Program-made: the position numbers and the translations under genes
Shown: piece by piece, positions 19,762 through 33,178 of the stretch
Numbering within the stretch: position 1 is the stretch's first letter
How the letters are laid out: every line of letters starts with the position of its first letter
Notes under the pieces: model-generated
What the model was told of the DNA's origin: nothing
Databases searched by the model: none
What the model saw: only the letters and a program-made list of their open reading frames with translations
Assembly (NCBI GenBank): GCA_019057865.1
Contig: JAHLWP010000016.1
Coordinates: forward strand, 1-64,000
From: Promethearchaeota archaeon
Lineage (GTDB): Archaea; Asgardarchaeota; Lokiarchaeia; Sigyniarchaeales; SOKP01
DNA: 64,000 bases
Reading direction: 5' to 3'

Positions 19762-19885
19762 TTACTCAATCAGGACACCTTTCTCTTTTAACTCTGCTTC
19801 TAAAAGTTCAGAAACTTTCTTCTTAATAGTTTTATCTTCTTTTGTAGCCAAAATTTTGATTCCTTTTAGAAGCTTATATTCAACT
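19762..19885 (-). CDS. CopG/RHH-like repressor heading the helicase operon (shorter than the track ORF; start approximate)
   Basis: MALKTIKVEYKLLKGIKILATKEDKTIKKKVSELLEAEL with GAGGT SD. Confidence 0.55.
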
Positions 19886-20404
19886 TTAATTGTTTTTAAA
19901 GCCATATCTTTTTCTACCTCTGTTTTTAATTTTAAATTTATAGAAAATGAGTCTTTTATTCCTACATGAATAAAAAGGTTATTTTTAAAGTTTCTTAACC
20001 CGGATTCATTCTCATTTTTTTCCAATGGATTTAAAAAAGGTATCAAACACCTAATTTTTCCATTTCCAATTCACTTTTTTTTCCTCCATAACCCGCTAGA
20101 GGCAGATAGGTAAGGCACCTACCTAATAAAAATAAAAATAGTTTTAGACGATACCTTTTATTCTAATTCTCTTATACCCCTTATATTATTTATATTTGAT
20201 CCTAAAAATTCCTTTTTAATTTATTAACTAGGTAATTAAAACAAGAAAAGAATAGTTTCTATTGATATTTCATATATATTATATATCTTTCTTGGTATGA
20301 AACAATGGTTTCACGAAAATATTAAAATAATATAGGATGGTTACATCAGAATTGAAATTTTTATTAATTCCTAAGACATAAAAGCTTTATTATTCAAAAG
20401 AAAT

Positions 20405-20611
20405 TCAAGAAAGAACTTCCAATATCTTAGTAAGAATACGAGCTTTACCGCCTGTGGATTGCAGTAAAGTTTTTCCGCATACTAAACATTCAACATCAGT
20501 AGCAGAACATCCAAAAATAATTTGCTGATTTCCACAATTTAAGCACTTCACACGTAAAAATCTAGATTTTGGCTGTGGAATAATTGCCTTTTCTTCTCTT
20601 TTATGAACCAT
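20405..20611 (-). CDS. rps27e: 30S ribosomal protein S27e
   Basis: [13 protein letters not shown]...[16 protein letters not shown]. Confidence 0.97.
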   Translation of the reverse strand: MVHKREEKAIIPQPKSRFLRVKCLNCGNQQIIFGCSATDVECLVCGKTLLQSTGGKARILTKILEVLS

Positions 20612-20625
20612 TTAATTCACGCTTT

Positions 20626-20907
20626 TTATACTTCTTGTAGTTCGAGTCGTTTTACACGATAAGATTTTGCATAATGTTTTTTGCCACATTCAGAGCATTC
20701 CAAAAGGGGCGTTGTTCTTTTGTTAATCTTTACATTTTTATGAAAGATTTCTTTTGGGAAACTTCCGTATCCCGCTTTTTTGCGTTCTAATCTTCGCCTA
20801 CCCTGATTTAACATACGTTCCTTGCCTTTTTTATAGATTGTGACATTATGTTTTGTATGTATTCTACAGGTTGGGCAGTATCTATTCATTGACCGAGGGT
20901 ATTTCAA
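20626..20907 (-). CDS. rpl44e: 50S ribosomal protein L44e
   Basis: YCPTCRIHTKH...GYGSFPK...LECSECGK. Confidence 0.95.
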   Translation of the reverse strand: MKYPRSMNRYCPTCRIHTKHNVTIYKKGKERMLNQGRRRLERKKAGYGSFPKEIFHKNVKINKRTTPLLECSECGKKHYAKSYRVKRLELQEV

Positions 20908-21050
20908 TATTCACTGACCTTAATATCTAATTAACTTAGGTAGTTATTTATGAATTTTAAATTTTATTAGTTCTCTTTCTTTCTTATAAACTTCTACTAT
21001 TTAATAAAAAATGTTTTAAATCTTATTTACATAATTTTAATAAAACCATA

Positions 21051-21989
21051 TTGATAAGAATTTTGAAGTTTAAAGAGAAATTTAGTAAAGGAATAATAAG
21101 TGCTAAGCAATTTGATAGGGAAGATATTGATTATATCTTAAAAAAAGCTAAAGAAATGATTCAAATTAAAAATTCTAATATTCTTAAAGGAAAAATCTTA
21201 GCAACATTATTTTTTGAACCCTCAACCCGTACTCGTCTCAGTTTTGAATCTGCAATGTATAGATTAGGAGGTAATATAATAGGATTCCATTCTGGAGATG
21301 TTTCCTCTATCAAAAAAGGAGAAAGCATTGCCGATACAATAAGAACGGTTGAAAATTATAGTGACTGTATAGTGATGAGACACAGCCTCGAAGGAGCTGC
21401 TCGAATGGCAGCAAAATTCGCAAACGTCCCGATAATTAATGCAGGGTCAGGAAGTGGTGAACATCCTACTCAAGCATTATTAGATCTATTAACTATAATT
21501 AAAGAGGTTGGATCTTTAGATGGCTTAAATATTGGTATAATGGGTGATCTTAAGTATGGTCGTACAGTTCACTCACTTTCAATTTTACTCTCTAATTTTG
21601 AAGTAAATATCTATTTCATAAGCCCTAAGGAGCTTAGAATGAGAAATAGAGATAAAGATTTTTTAAGACAACGACAAGTAAAATATAAAGAAATTACTAA
21701 ATATCGTTTGATTCTAAGTGTGTTAGATGTTCTTTATATGACACGAATTCAAAAAGAAAGATTCATTGATTTGGAAGAATATGAAAAGGTTAAGGATATA
21801 TATGTTTTTAGAAAAGAGGATCTTGATGACACTAAAAATGGATTTAGATTATTACATCCTTTACCCCGTGTTTCCGAAATTTCACCAAAAGTAGACAGTT
21901 CTGAGAAAACAATTTACTTTAAACAAGCATTTTACGGAATCCCAATGAGAAAAGCACTTTTAGCAGAATTGATGTCAGATAAAAGCTGA
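21051..21989 (+). CDS. pyrB: Aspartate carbamoyltransferase catalytic subunit
   Basis: FFEPSTRTRLSF, HPTQALLD, HPLPR. Confidence 0.97.
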   Translation: MIRILKFKEKFSKGIISAKQFDREDIDYILKKAKEMIQIKNSNILKGKILATLFFEPSTRTRLSFESAMYRLGGNIIGFHSGDVSSIKKGESIADTIRTVENYSDCIVMRHSLEGAARMAAKFANVPIINAGSGSGEHPTQALLDLLTIIKEVGSLDGLNIGIMGDLKYGRTVHSLSILLSNFEVNIYFISPKELRMRNRDKDFLRQRQVKYKEITKYRLILSVLDVLYMTRIQKERFIDLEEYEKVKDIYVFRKEDLDDTKNGFRLLHPLPRVSEISPKVDSSEKTIYFKQAFYGIPMRKALLAELMSDKS

Positions 21990-22012
21990 GAAATCTCTCT
22001 ATTTATTATATT

Positions 22013-23989
22013 CTAAATTTTAATCCTTTTCTGTATAAAAATCGCTTCTAATTCAGATTTGAATAGATTAGATAAACGCTCTTTTATTGATGTCCCATTG
22101 ATATCAATATATTCATCAAATATAATTCCTCCGTTGATAACTTTTTCAAATTTTTTAAATAAATTAACTCTTTTAGCTAAAGATAACTTTGAATTGTGTC
22201 TAATAATGCATGATGAATATTTATATGGCATATCACTTCTTAGAGTTGTTCCATTATGCCACGCATTATTTAAATATGTATCATTATGAGGTTGGCTTAA
22301 AATATAATAATTGTTCTCTTCTTGATTTTTTTCTCTAATTAATTTTTTCATGAAAGTTAAGATCCTTAAAGCAAATTCTTCACTATTTCTTAATTTATCA
22401 AGCTCTATTCCACAATGATTCAAAATTGCTTCATTTAAACCAAAAAAACTTACAGATTTGATTGTATTCTGATAAAAATCATCTTCAATTTTTCCAAAAA
22501 AATCATAAATCAAACGTTTCCAACCATTTAAAGAATTTAATTTCTTTTCTATTAACGATTCTTTATGTTTAAATAAATCAAAAACACAACTCATTTTGTC
22601 AAATAGTAAATCTAGGAATAAATCATCATTTCGATTTGCCTTTACTGATATTGAGTGTAAATTAATTAAAATTTTATCTAAAATTATCTGATTTTTACTA
22701 GAATTTTTAATTTTAATTAAAGCAGAATTTAGAAAATTTGAGGAATTATAGTTGTAAAAGCAAATATTATTATTTTTTAAAATAGGTATTATATCTTCTA
22801 AAAAAATATTTTCTAAATTTGAAGTATTTAATTTTGAATAATCAAATATTATAAAAGGTTTAACATTATTATCAATTTCTTTTCCTCTTATTTTATAATT
22901 CAAAAATTCTTTATCAACTTTGAATTGATTTAAAAATAAATCAGTTGAATCCTTAAAATCATGATAGTTAAACTCAAAAGTTAAACTATGTCTCAGATCT
23001 TCAAAAGAATTGTTAAAATTGAGAATTTGGGATTTCAAAATATCAATAAAGTATAACATTTTCTCATGGGAATTCATATAAGAAAGAAAATTTTTGTTGA
23101 ATTCACCTAATACTAAATCTTGAGAGAAATAAGGCTTAAAATTATGTAAAAGATCAGTAAAACGTAGAATTAAGTTAATTAAATCTCTAGAATTGGTTAA
23201 TTTACTCGAGGAATTCAAATTTCTTTTAATAAGCACCTCTAGTACTGAGTTTGTATTTAAATATAAGCTTAAAGGTCTCAAACTCCAATAATTTAAGTGC
23301 AGTAGAGCTATTTCTCCTGTTAAATATAAATCAGCTAGATTTTTTGGTAATAAGTTCAAGAGTAAAAATTGCTCAGAAACGTCAGATCCTAATTCCTTTA
23401 TGAACTTGTCAGGATTAATATTGCTGCCTTCTGAGTTAAATAATTTAAATACTTCAAATGGAGGTGTTCCTAAACGAGTTAATTTATGTCTTACTTCTTC
23501 AAATCCATTTTCTAATAATATTGCATTAATATATTCACGCATTAAAGGAGCAGTTAGATATTCAATATTAGTCTTCGAAAGGCGCTCTTCAACTTCGTGA
23601 GCAATTTGTTTAGCTATAAAAGATTCCATTCCGCCTTCGTTTATGAGATATTCCTCAATTTTATTTATATCAAATATTTCTTTCGAATATTTAGATGTTC
23701 TAATCATTTTTACCCTATTTTTTTCCACTAAGATCTGTTCAATAGATAATACACTATCTAATATCTGCTTACCTAAAACTGTAATATAATATCCGTCTTC
23801 AGAAGATTCTATTAATTTACAGTCTTTTAAGGCATTTAAATGAAATGAGAAATTTACAGATGTATTATTACAATTAATAACTTCTTTTTGAAGTCGTGAA
23901 AATGAAATAGGTTCTTTAATTTTTTTTAGTTTCTTTAAAATATCTATTCTAATTTTTTGCCCTAAGGTTTTTAATTGTTTTTCTAACAT
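22013..23989 (-). CDS. wHTH + ATP-cone + degenerate class III ribonucleotide reductase (NrdD)-like domain
   Basis: N-terminal FSFHLNAL...YYITVLG wHTH; ATP cone FDINKI...LTAPLMREYINAILLENG; FFGLNEA; no C-terminal glycyl-radical motif. Confidence 0.75.
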   Translation of the reverse strand: MLEKQLKTLGQKIRIDILKKLKKIKEPISFSRLQKEVINCNNTSVNFSFHLNALKDCKLIESSEDGYYITVLGKQILDSVLSIEQILVEKNRVKMIRTSKYSKEIFDINKIEEYLINEGGMESFIAKQIAHEVEERLSKTNIEYLTAPLMREYINAILLENGFEEVRHKLTRLGTPPFEVFKLFNSEGSNINPDKFIKELGSDVSEQFLLLNLLPKNLADLYLTGEIALLHLNYWSLRPLSLYLNTNSVLEVLIKRNLNSSSKLTNSRDLINLILRFTDLLHNFKPYFSQDLVLGEFNKNFLSYMNSHEKMLYFIDILKSQILNFNNSFEDLRHSLTFEFNYHDFKDSTDLFLNQFKVDKEFLNYKIRGKEIDNNVKPFIIFDYSKLNTSNLENIFLEDIIPILKNNNICFYNYNSSNFLNSALIKIKNSSKNQIILDKILINLHSISVKANRNDDLFLDLLFDKMSCVFDLFKHKESLIEKKLNSLNGWKRLIYDFFGKIEDDFYQNTIKSVSFFGLNEAILNHCGIELDKLRNSEEFALRILTFMKKLIREKNQEENNYYILSQPHNDTYLNNAWHNGTTLRSDMPYKYSSCIIRHNSKLSLAKRVNLFKKFEKVINGGIIFDEYIDINGTSIKERLSNLFKSELEAIFIQKRIKI

Positions 23990-24226
23990 ATTTTATTTTT
24001 TGTCGGAATCAATTTTAAATATAGATATAGTTTTATACCTTTAACGCTGCTTATCTAAATAATATGTTTATCAATTATATAAAAATTCGGGAATTTTCCA
24101 TTGCTTTAATAAAAAAAGATAATATGTAGGTGATATTGAAACTTATAGTAAGAGATTTGGTGATCTTTAATTTTAAAATTTTTTTTATATTTAGAATTAG
24201 TTATTTGTTAAAAATTTTAAAAAAAG

Positions 24227-24844
24227 TTATCGTGCCGAAACAGCAATTCTCTCAATTTCATCCTTTCGTTTTACTGCTCTAGATTCTTGACTATTTTGTG
24301 CTGCTAAAATTAATTCTTGAGCTATATTTTCTTCAAACATTCTTTCATTCCCATGGGATCTAGCACCAATTGCTTGAACGAGATATTTTATAGCTAAGTC
24401 AACTCGGCGCTGGGGCGCGATATCTACTGCTGAAGCATATGATATCCCTCCTCGAGCGATTTTGGTTGTTTCCTCTCTTGGAGCAGTATTAACAACTGCG
24501 TCAACTAAAACTTGAACCGGATTTTGACCTGTTTTTAACTCTATTAATGTAAATGCATCTTTCAGGCCTTTTATTAGTTTATTCTTTTTTCCAGAAGTAT
24601 GTGAACTCTTATGTCCTTTTATTCTGCTTCCGATAAAACCAGGAGAGAGCAATCTATTGGTGAATCGTTCAATTATTGAGACTCGTGAGCTTTTCCAGAA
24701 ACGCCTATGCTCATGACGACCTGCTGAATGTGGTATTATGATGGTTTTTAGATTAATATATTTCTCAAGCGTAAAATCGTTTAACTCGATGTTTTCAAAT
24801 GACCATTTATTAAATAACTTGATCTCAGATTTGCTTTTACTCAT
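24227..24844 (-). CDS. rps7: 30S ribosomal protein S7
   Basis: NPVQVLVDAVVNTAPREE, AVDIAPQRRVD, KDEIERIAVSAR. Confidence 0.97.
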   Translation of the reverse strand: MSKSKSEIKLFNKWSFENIELNDFTLEKYINLKTIIIPHSAGRHEHRRFWKSSRVSIIERFTNRLLSPGFIGSRIKGHKSSHTSGKKNKLIKGLKDAFTLIELKTGQNPVQVLVDAVVNTAPREETTKIARGGISYASAVDIAPQRRVDLAIKYLVQAIGARSHGNERMFEENIAQELILAAQNSQESRAVKRKDEIERIAVSAR

Positions 24845-24856
24845 TATCTATTACCT

Positions 24857-25333
24857 CTATCTAAGTGGCTTTTCTTTCTTACCAGTTAAAAGTGCTTGTA
24901 GGCTCACACCATTTACTTTTACAACTCTCCACCTTACTCCAGGGAGATCACCGATAGCTCTCCCTTTAGCTCCACCAATACCTTCTAATAGAACACGATC
25001 ATGCTCATCAATAAAATTAAGCGCTCCATCTCTAGACATTATTAGAACTTAATAATGTACTCCAGGTAGAAACGCTGTAATAGTCTTTCCATTTTTCTTT
25101 AATTGTACGCGTACACACTTCCGAATAGCTGAATTGGGTTGTTTACTCTCCCGACCAACTTTCTGTAGCACGATACCTAGGGCTTGTGGAGCTCCTTCTA
25201 AGGGATCAACCTTCTGTTTTAATTTGAGCTTTTTCCTTTTATATTTTGATTTAGACCAGCGAAATCTTCTTCGATTTTTTCTTAATTGTCGTGCGGCGTA
25301 TAATCCTTTTGGTTTTCCTATTTTGAACACCAA
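24857..25333 (-). CDS. rps12: 30S ribosomal protein S12 (uS12), interrupted by a 30-nt insert; exons 25333-25060 and 25029-24857
   Basis: [15 protein letters not shown]...TAFLPG and [11 protein letters not shown]...GDLPGVRW halves join in frame when 30 nt are removed. Confidence 0.95.
25030..25059 (-). other. Candidate bulge-helix-bulge mRNA intron in rps12
   Basis: CUGG-AG|U-ACAUUAUUA-AGUUC-UAAUAAUGU-CUAG-AG|A; contains an in-frame UAA. Confidence 0.8.
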
Positions 25334-25437
25334 ATAACAATATTTTAATTATATTATAATGTGAGAAAATATCTCATAGAACTTAAAATTTATGAATATT
25401 ATAAATATCTTAAATAGAAAAGAATGAGTTCTTCTGA

Positions 25438-25917
25438 TTAAAAATTATTTTTTGTATTAATTATTACATTATCTACTTCAAAGTACCTTAAAACTAGTTC
25501 TTTTATTTTTCTAATCATACTACCTTCTTTACCTATTGCTTTTCCACGATCTTGGGGGCGAACAGAGATAATAATAGTTTTCTTTAGATTCTTACTCTCT
25601 TTAATTTCGATATTTTGGACTTTTATGGCATTCTTGGTAGTATTTAAGATATTTTGTATAAACTGGTTAAGATCTTCAGAAAATTCGATGACATCTATAT
25701 TCTTTTGAAGTCTTGCCTTTAAATCTTTTACATGTTCTCCAGCTTTTCCAATTGCTTTACCTACATCTTCTTTTTTTACTAAAAAGATAACTACTTCAGA
25801 ATTATTTTCAGGAGATCTGAAAATTAGACAGTCTTTTATTATAGCGCCAGATATATTATTGAATAAGGAAATAAGTTCCATCGATTTTTGATCAATTCTA
25901 ATATGTTTTCTTAACAT
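25438..25917 (-). CDS. nusA: Archaeal NusA (two KH domains)
   Basis: GKAIGKAG and GKAIGKEG KH motifs; conserved position between rpl30e and rps12. Confidence 0.93.
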   Translation of the reverse strand: MLRKHIRIDQKSMELISLFNNISGAIIKDCLIFRSPENNSEVVIFLVKKEDVGKAIGKAGEHVKDLKARLQKNIDVIEFSEDLNQFIQNILNTTKNAIKVQNIEIKESKNLKKTIIISVRPQDRGKAIGKEGSMIRKIKELVLRYFEVDNVIINTKNNF

Positions 25918-25933
25918 TTTTGAACCAATTAAG

Positions 25934-26314
25934 TTAAATTCTTTTACTTATTAAACTTTGAAGATTGGAATTACCATAGTCATAAATACCCATAATGCTA
26001 ATCATGTAGGGTTTCGCACAAGCCAATCCTAAATCCCAGCTTGAACCTTTATACTTAAAAATAAAGATTTTGTCCTTACCAAGAGAATTATAGTGATTTA
26101 ATTGCTTTACAAGGTCCATAGGACAATTATTTGCAATGATTATCATTTTATATCTATTTTGTCTCATTGACCTTAATACTTGATTTCTACCAAATACAAT
26201 TTTTCCAGTTTTATACGCAACTTTGATATTTGTGTCAATATCAAATTCCTTCACTTTCTTACGCGTTAAATCAACTTTTTCGGCTACAGCTTTACTCTTC
26301 TTCATCTTTGCCAT
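25934..26314 (-). CDS. rpl30e: 50S ribosomal protein L30e
   Basis: KTGKIVFG, IIANNCP, LGLACAKPY. Confidence 0.93.
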   Translation of the reverse strand: MAKMKKSKAVAEKVDLTRKKVKEFDIDTNIKVAYKTGKIVFGRNQVLRSMRQNRYKMIIIANNCPMDLVKQLNHYNSLGKDKIFIFKYKGSSWDLGLACAKPYMISIMGIYDYGNSNLQSLISKRI

Positions 26315-26509
26315 TATCTTCTCAAAAAGTATCTTTTAGTTGACTAATAGTAATTATAATTTATACTTGAATTTAATTTTTTGTTAGTTTATGTTATTTC
26401 TTCATTTATATTAACAATATTTTTTCTATAATAATATTTTTTAAAGAATAAGTGAAAATTTAATTAAATTAACCTAAATTATTAGTAAATGCTATAAATA
26501 TGCTTATTC

Positions 26510-27709
26510 TTACTTTTTGAGTCTCTTCTTTAATATCTCCAAATTTCGGTCAAGATCGAACATGATATTTGTTCTCCCCGTGCCAATCGGAATAACCTGA
26601 CCTATAATGACATTCTCGGGAATTCCTCTAAGGAGTTCCTGTTCTCCGTAAAGCCCTGCATCCAGTAATTGATTGACTGTGACTTCAAAAGCGGCTCTTG
26701 CAAAGACACTCGATTTTGAGCCTGAAATTCCATGTCTTCCTATGGATTGAATTGATCCAGTATGACACATTAAATCTGCTAAAATTAGTAAGTGCCTTAG
26801 ATCAACATCTAATCCTTGTTGTTCAAGGACTTTTTGTGCTTCAGTAATAATCATCTTACGTGCAGCTTCTATACCGTATAGTTTTTCTATTTCATGGATA
26901 TGATTTGAAACTGTTCTTGTTGTATCCACTCCATCAATTTGAATTACCCCTTGCATGTTTGTACCTTCAGTTTTTATTACCCATTCTTCATTATTGTCTG
27001 AAGGTGTTAATAATCCTCTTTTTACTCCTCTAATACCTTTTACAACTTTTTTTAGGATTTTTTCTCTTAATTTCTGTAAACTCTGAAGATCTTCAATTCC
27101 AGGATCAATAATGATCGTGTTTCCTTCTCGCTTAATTGTACCTTTTTTCTTATATCTTTTTAAAATTTCAGGGATTTGGTCAATATCTATTCCTTTCTTC
27201 TCACAAATTTCAGTGATGAGATTAATATGAATTTGCCAATTTACAAAATCAAGATCTACATCATGTGTAATCTGTTCAATTCTAATTTGTTCTATACGAT
27301 TATGAACCTTAATTGCTTCCTCTTCTGTTTTATTATAAGGTTCTTCTAAGTAGATAGTCATTTGTGGAGTTGAGGGAAAACGCCTAGCATCTACAATTTC
27401 AATCAAGCGTGGAAGACCCTGAGTAACTGAGAACTCTTCAACACCTGCATAATGGAAAGTTCGAAGAGTCATTTGGGTTCCAGGTTCACCGATTGATTGA
27501 GCTGCAACTGTCCCGCATGGTTCATTTGCTTCCATTAATGAGTTATTATAATTAATAAATACTTTATTCAAAAGGTATTCCAATTGTTCTTCTTCTAAAT
27601 CTACATCTTTTACTTTTTCTCGAATTTTTTCGATTAAATCGTCTGGAATACCATCATCTAATAAAACATTTAATTGTTCTTCTAAAATTTTAGGTGTTAC
27701 TTTAGCCAT
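26510..27709 (-). CDS. rpoA2: RNA polymerase subunit A'' (Rpo1C)
   Basis: [37 protein letters not shown]. Confidence 0.98.
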   Translation of the reverse strand: MAKVTPKILEEQLNVLLDDGIPDDLIEKIREKVKDVDLEEEQLEYLLNKVFINYNNSLMEANEPCGTVAAQSIGEPGTQMTLRTFHYAGVEEFSVTQGLPRLIEIVDARRFPSTPQMTIYLEEPYNKTEEEAIKVHNRIEQIRIEQITHDVDLDFVNWQIHINLITEICEKKGIDIDQIPEILKRYKKKGTIKREGNTIIIDPGIEDLQSLQKLREKILKKVVKGIRGVKRGLLTPSDNNEEWVIKTEGTNMQGVIQIDGVDTTRTVSNHIHEIEKLYGIEAARKMIITEAQKVLEQQGLDVDLRHLLILADLMCHTGSIQSIGRHGISGSKSSVFARAAFEVTVNQLLDAGLYGEQELLRGIPENVIIGQVIPIGTGRTNIMFDLDRNLEILKKRLKK

Positions 27710-27715
27710 ATTTAT

Positions 27716-30714
<2,999 letters not shown>

Positions 30715-31103
30715 ATGTGCAATACCTCCATAAATTTGATTAATATAATATTTTCGGATGTTTTGTTAAAAAAATCGATAAAATTCATAGAAAATAACAT
30801 CCTCTTATTATTTTAAGAAAACAATCTTTAAAGAAACAGTATAACAAGCTTTTCACTGTAAGATGAAAAATACACCAAATATTAAAAATTTTACGCTTTT
30901 AGACCAAGTTTTCCCTATATACTAAGTCAAAATAGAATATTTGTCAAAATTTCGTCATAATTTTTAACTTGGAAATTTATTGAAATTATAAAGTAGGTAA
31001 AATTATAGCTTAAATTTAAATTAATAAATAAGACTCTTGAAGATAAAAATTGTTATCCTAAGATATTAAGAGTTTAATTAAATGCTGAATTTAGTAATTT
31101 AAT

Positions 31104-31724
31104 ATGGAAAAAAATTGGTTTTTTAAATTAACAAAAAGCAAAATTGTAATTTTTCTGTTTCAAATTGTTATTTTAAGTTTAATTATTTATAGTTTTGATT
31201 ATAAATTTAATATTAATTTCGATACAGATATTTCAATAGAACATAAAAAGATTATACAATTTTTAGCTAATTACATAATGTTTGATAACCTCTATAATTT
31301 AGTCTTTATTTACTCAATTTGGATAATAGTATCACTAATACCAATTTTCATATTTAATGATTATAAAAAGGCTTATTCTACGAATTTAACAACCTTTTTC
31401 TTTCCTAATTTTTTTTTCTATGTTTTTTTGCGGAATCATTATCGACTATATTTTAATGCAAATTTTCTGAATTTATTTATAAAGACTATTATCCTTGGTA
31501 TTTTTATTGTATCATTATCAATTGTATTAGCTTTAACCTTACAGGCTATCATAAAACCTAACGCTGAGGGTCAATATAAGGATTTACAAATAATCGCAAG
31601 CAAATGCAAATCTAAATGTCCAAAATGTGGAACTGAGTTTAAATCAATTCCTCAATTCTGTTATAATTGTAATACTAAATTAATAGCGAATATGGAGGAT
31701 AATGTTGAAAATGCAAAACTATGA
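31104..31724 (+). CDS. Membrane protein with C-terminal zinc ribbon
   Basis: About 4 hydrophobic segments; CPKCG...FCYNC. Confidence 0.8.
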   Translation: MEKNWFFKLTKSKIVIFLFQIVILSLIIYSFDYKFNINFDTDISIEHKKIIQFLANYIMFDNLYNLVFIYSIWIIVSLIPIFIFNDYKKAYSTNLTTFFFPNFFFYVFLRNHYRLYFNANFLNLFIKTIILGIFIVSLSIVLALTLQAIIKPNAEGQYKDLQIIASKCKSKCPKCGTEFKSIPQFCYNCNTKLIANMEDNVENAKL

Positions 31725-33162
31725 TTATTCTTTAGAATTGATTTTTAAGCCTAGAAATGTAACTATTTATGAAGCAAAAGAAAAAATATCATTTTTTATA
31801 AACGGATTCAAGAGACAAGGTTTTAATTTAGAGAATTTATTTTTAATTTCTCCTACACTAGAAATGTTAACAGGTGTAAAATGCTATAATTCAGTGGATA
31901 ATATCCCAACAAATACAATTGATCTTCTAATTTTATCAGTAAGAAGGGAATTTCTTATTAAATCATTGCAAGAGATTCTCTCAAAAAAGGAGATTAAGTT
32001 TATTCACATTTTTACGGCAGGCACAGGAGAAGCTGATGAAGTAGGATTGAAAATTGAAAAACAAATAAAAGAAATTCTAAATAAATATCCTAATACTCGA
32101 GCAATTGGACCTAATTGTATGGGTTTGTATAGTCCACGTGGAAAAATAGCTTATTATCCATCTTTTCCTGTAGAGAAGGGCAATATTGGTCTAATTTTTC
32201 AATCAGGAGATTTACATTCAAAAATGGTTAAATTTGGTTCACGTAAATACAATCTTAGATTCTCGATGGGGGTAAGTATAGGAAATTGTATTGATATACA
32301 AATTTCTGAATTCTTACAATATTTTAATAATGACGAAGAAACTGATTTAATTTGTATTTATTTTGAAGGAATTTCACCGTTGCATATCAATGAAGGAAAA
32401 AAGTTATTGGATGTATTAAAAAATTTGAATAAACCCATATTATTTATGAGAGGTGGAATGACTAAAAGAGGTCAAACTGCAGTTTTAACACATACAGGTT
32501 CAATGACAACTAAACGAAGCATATGGGATGCAATATATAAACAAACATCCGTTATTGAAGTCCCTCCATCATTAGATAAATTAATTGATTATGCTTATAT
32601 CTTCTCTAATCATATAATTAGATTTAAAAAACTCAAAAAAAAAGTGATATATCCAAAAAGTAAGAGAACTTTAATGATTCTTTGGTCTGGTGGTTTTGGA
32701 ATTTTAGCTACAGATACCCTAACAGAAATGGGTCTAGAACTGCCTTATTTTGAAGGTAAGACTTTAGAAAAACTAAAAGAAATATATCCTATTACAATTG
32801 GTAGCTTATCAAATCCTCTTGACTTACCTTGGATAGAACATAAAAAAGTGTTTTTAGAAGTTGTTAAGGCAGCTATTGATGAAAAAATTGATTTAATAAT
32901 AGTGGAAACAGATGCTTGGGGAGATTGGGAAGGAGAATTTTTTAAAGCATATTATAACAATTTATTTGAATTAAAAAAGTATGTTGAATCTCTCAATAAA
33001 ATCTTCATCATAATTCTACACCAATATCCTAGTAAGTCCCGAAAAGCTTTTTATGAAATGTTGATAAAAGATAATTTTCTTGTTTATCCCACCATAGAAG
33101 CAGCTGCTAAATCCTTCTTGAATTTATTTGAATATGGAGAAAAGATAAGAAGGTCAAGATAG
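31702..33162 (+). CDS. Acyl-CoA synthetase (NDP-forming) alpha-like CoA-binding protein
   Basis: IGPNCMG, FQSG, SIGN, THTGS, NPLDL. Confidence 0.88.
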   Translation: MLKMQNYDYSLELIFKPRNVTIYEAKEKISFFINGFKRQGFNLENLFLISPTLEMLTGVKCYNSVDNIPTNTIDLLILSVRREFLIKSLQEILSKKEIKFIHIFTAGTGEADEVGLKIEKQIKEILNKYPNTRAIGPNCMGLYSPRGKIAYYPSFPVEKGNIGLIFQSGDLHSKMVKFGSRKYNLRFSMGVSIGNCIDIQISEFLQYFNNDEETDLICIYFEGISPLHINEGKKLLDVLKNLNKPILFMRGGMTKRGQTAVLTHTGSMTTKRSIWDAIYKQTSVIEVPPSLDKLIDYAYIFSNHIIRFKKLKKKVIYPKSKRTLMILWSGGFGILATDTLTEMGLELPYFEGKTLEKLKEIYPITIGSLSNPLDLPWIEHKKVFLEVVKAAIDEKIDLIIVETDAWGDWEGEFFKAYYNNLFELKKYVESLNKIFIIILHQYPSKSRKAFYEMLIKDNFLVYPTIEAAAKSFLNLFEYGEKIRRSR

Positions 33163-33178
33163 AACCATTTTCCAAAAT

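Larger units (their letters stand above)
217..20300. mobile_element. Integrated accessory island (probably composite integrative element/provirus); boundaries approximate
   Basis: Integrase, MTase, TA pair, helicase, many small orphan ORFs, long very AT-rich intergenic tracts; flanked by host Rab GTPase and rps27e. Confidence 0.8.

Noticed and set aside
20050-20400. Right-hand att site or tRNA target for the island
   Set aside because: No tRNA-like sequence and no repeat matching the left boundary could be found by eye.
25030-25060. Spliceosomal GU...AG reading of the rps12 insert
   Set aside because: The GU...AG boundaries available remove 29 or 31 nt and break the frame; only the 30-nt removal restores PGDG.
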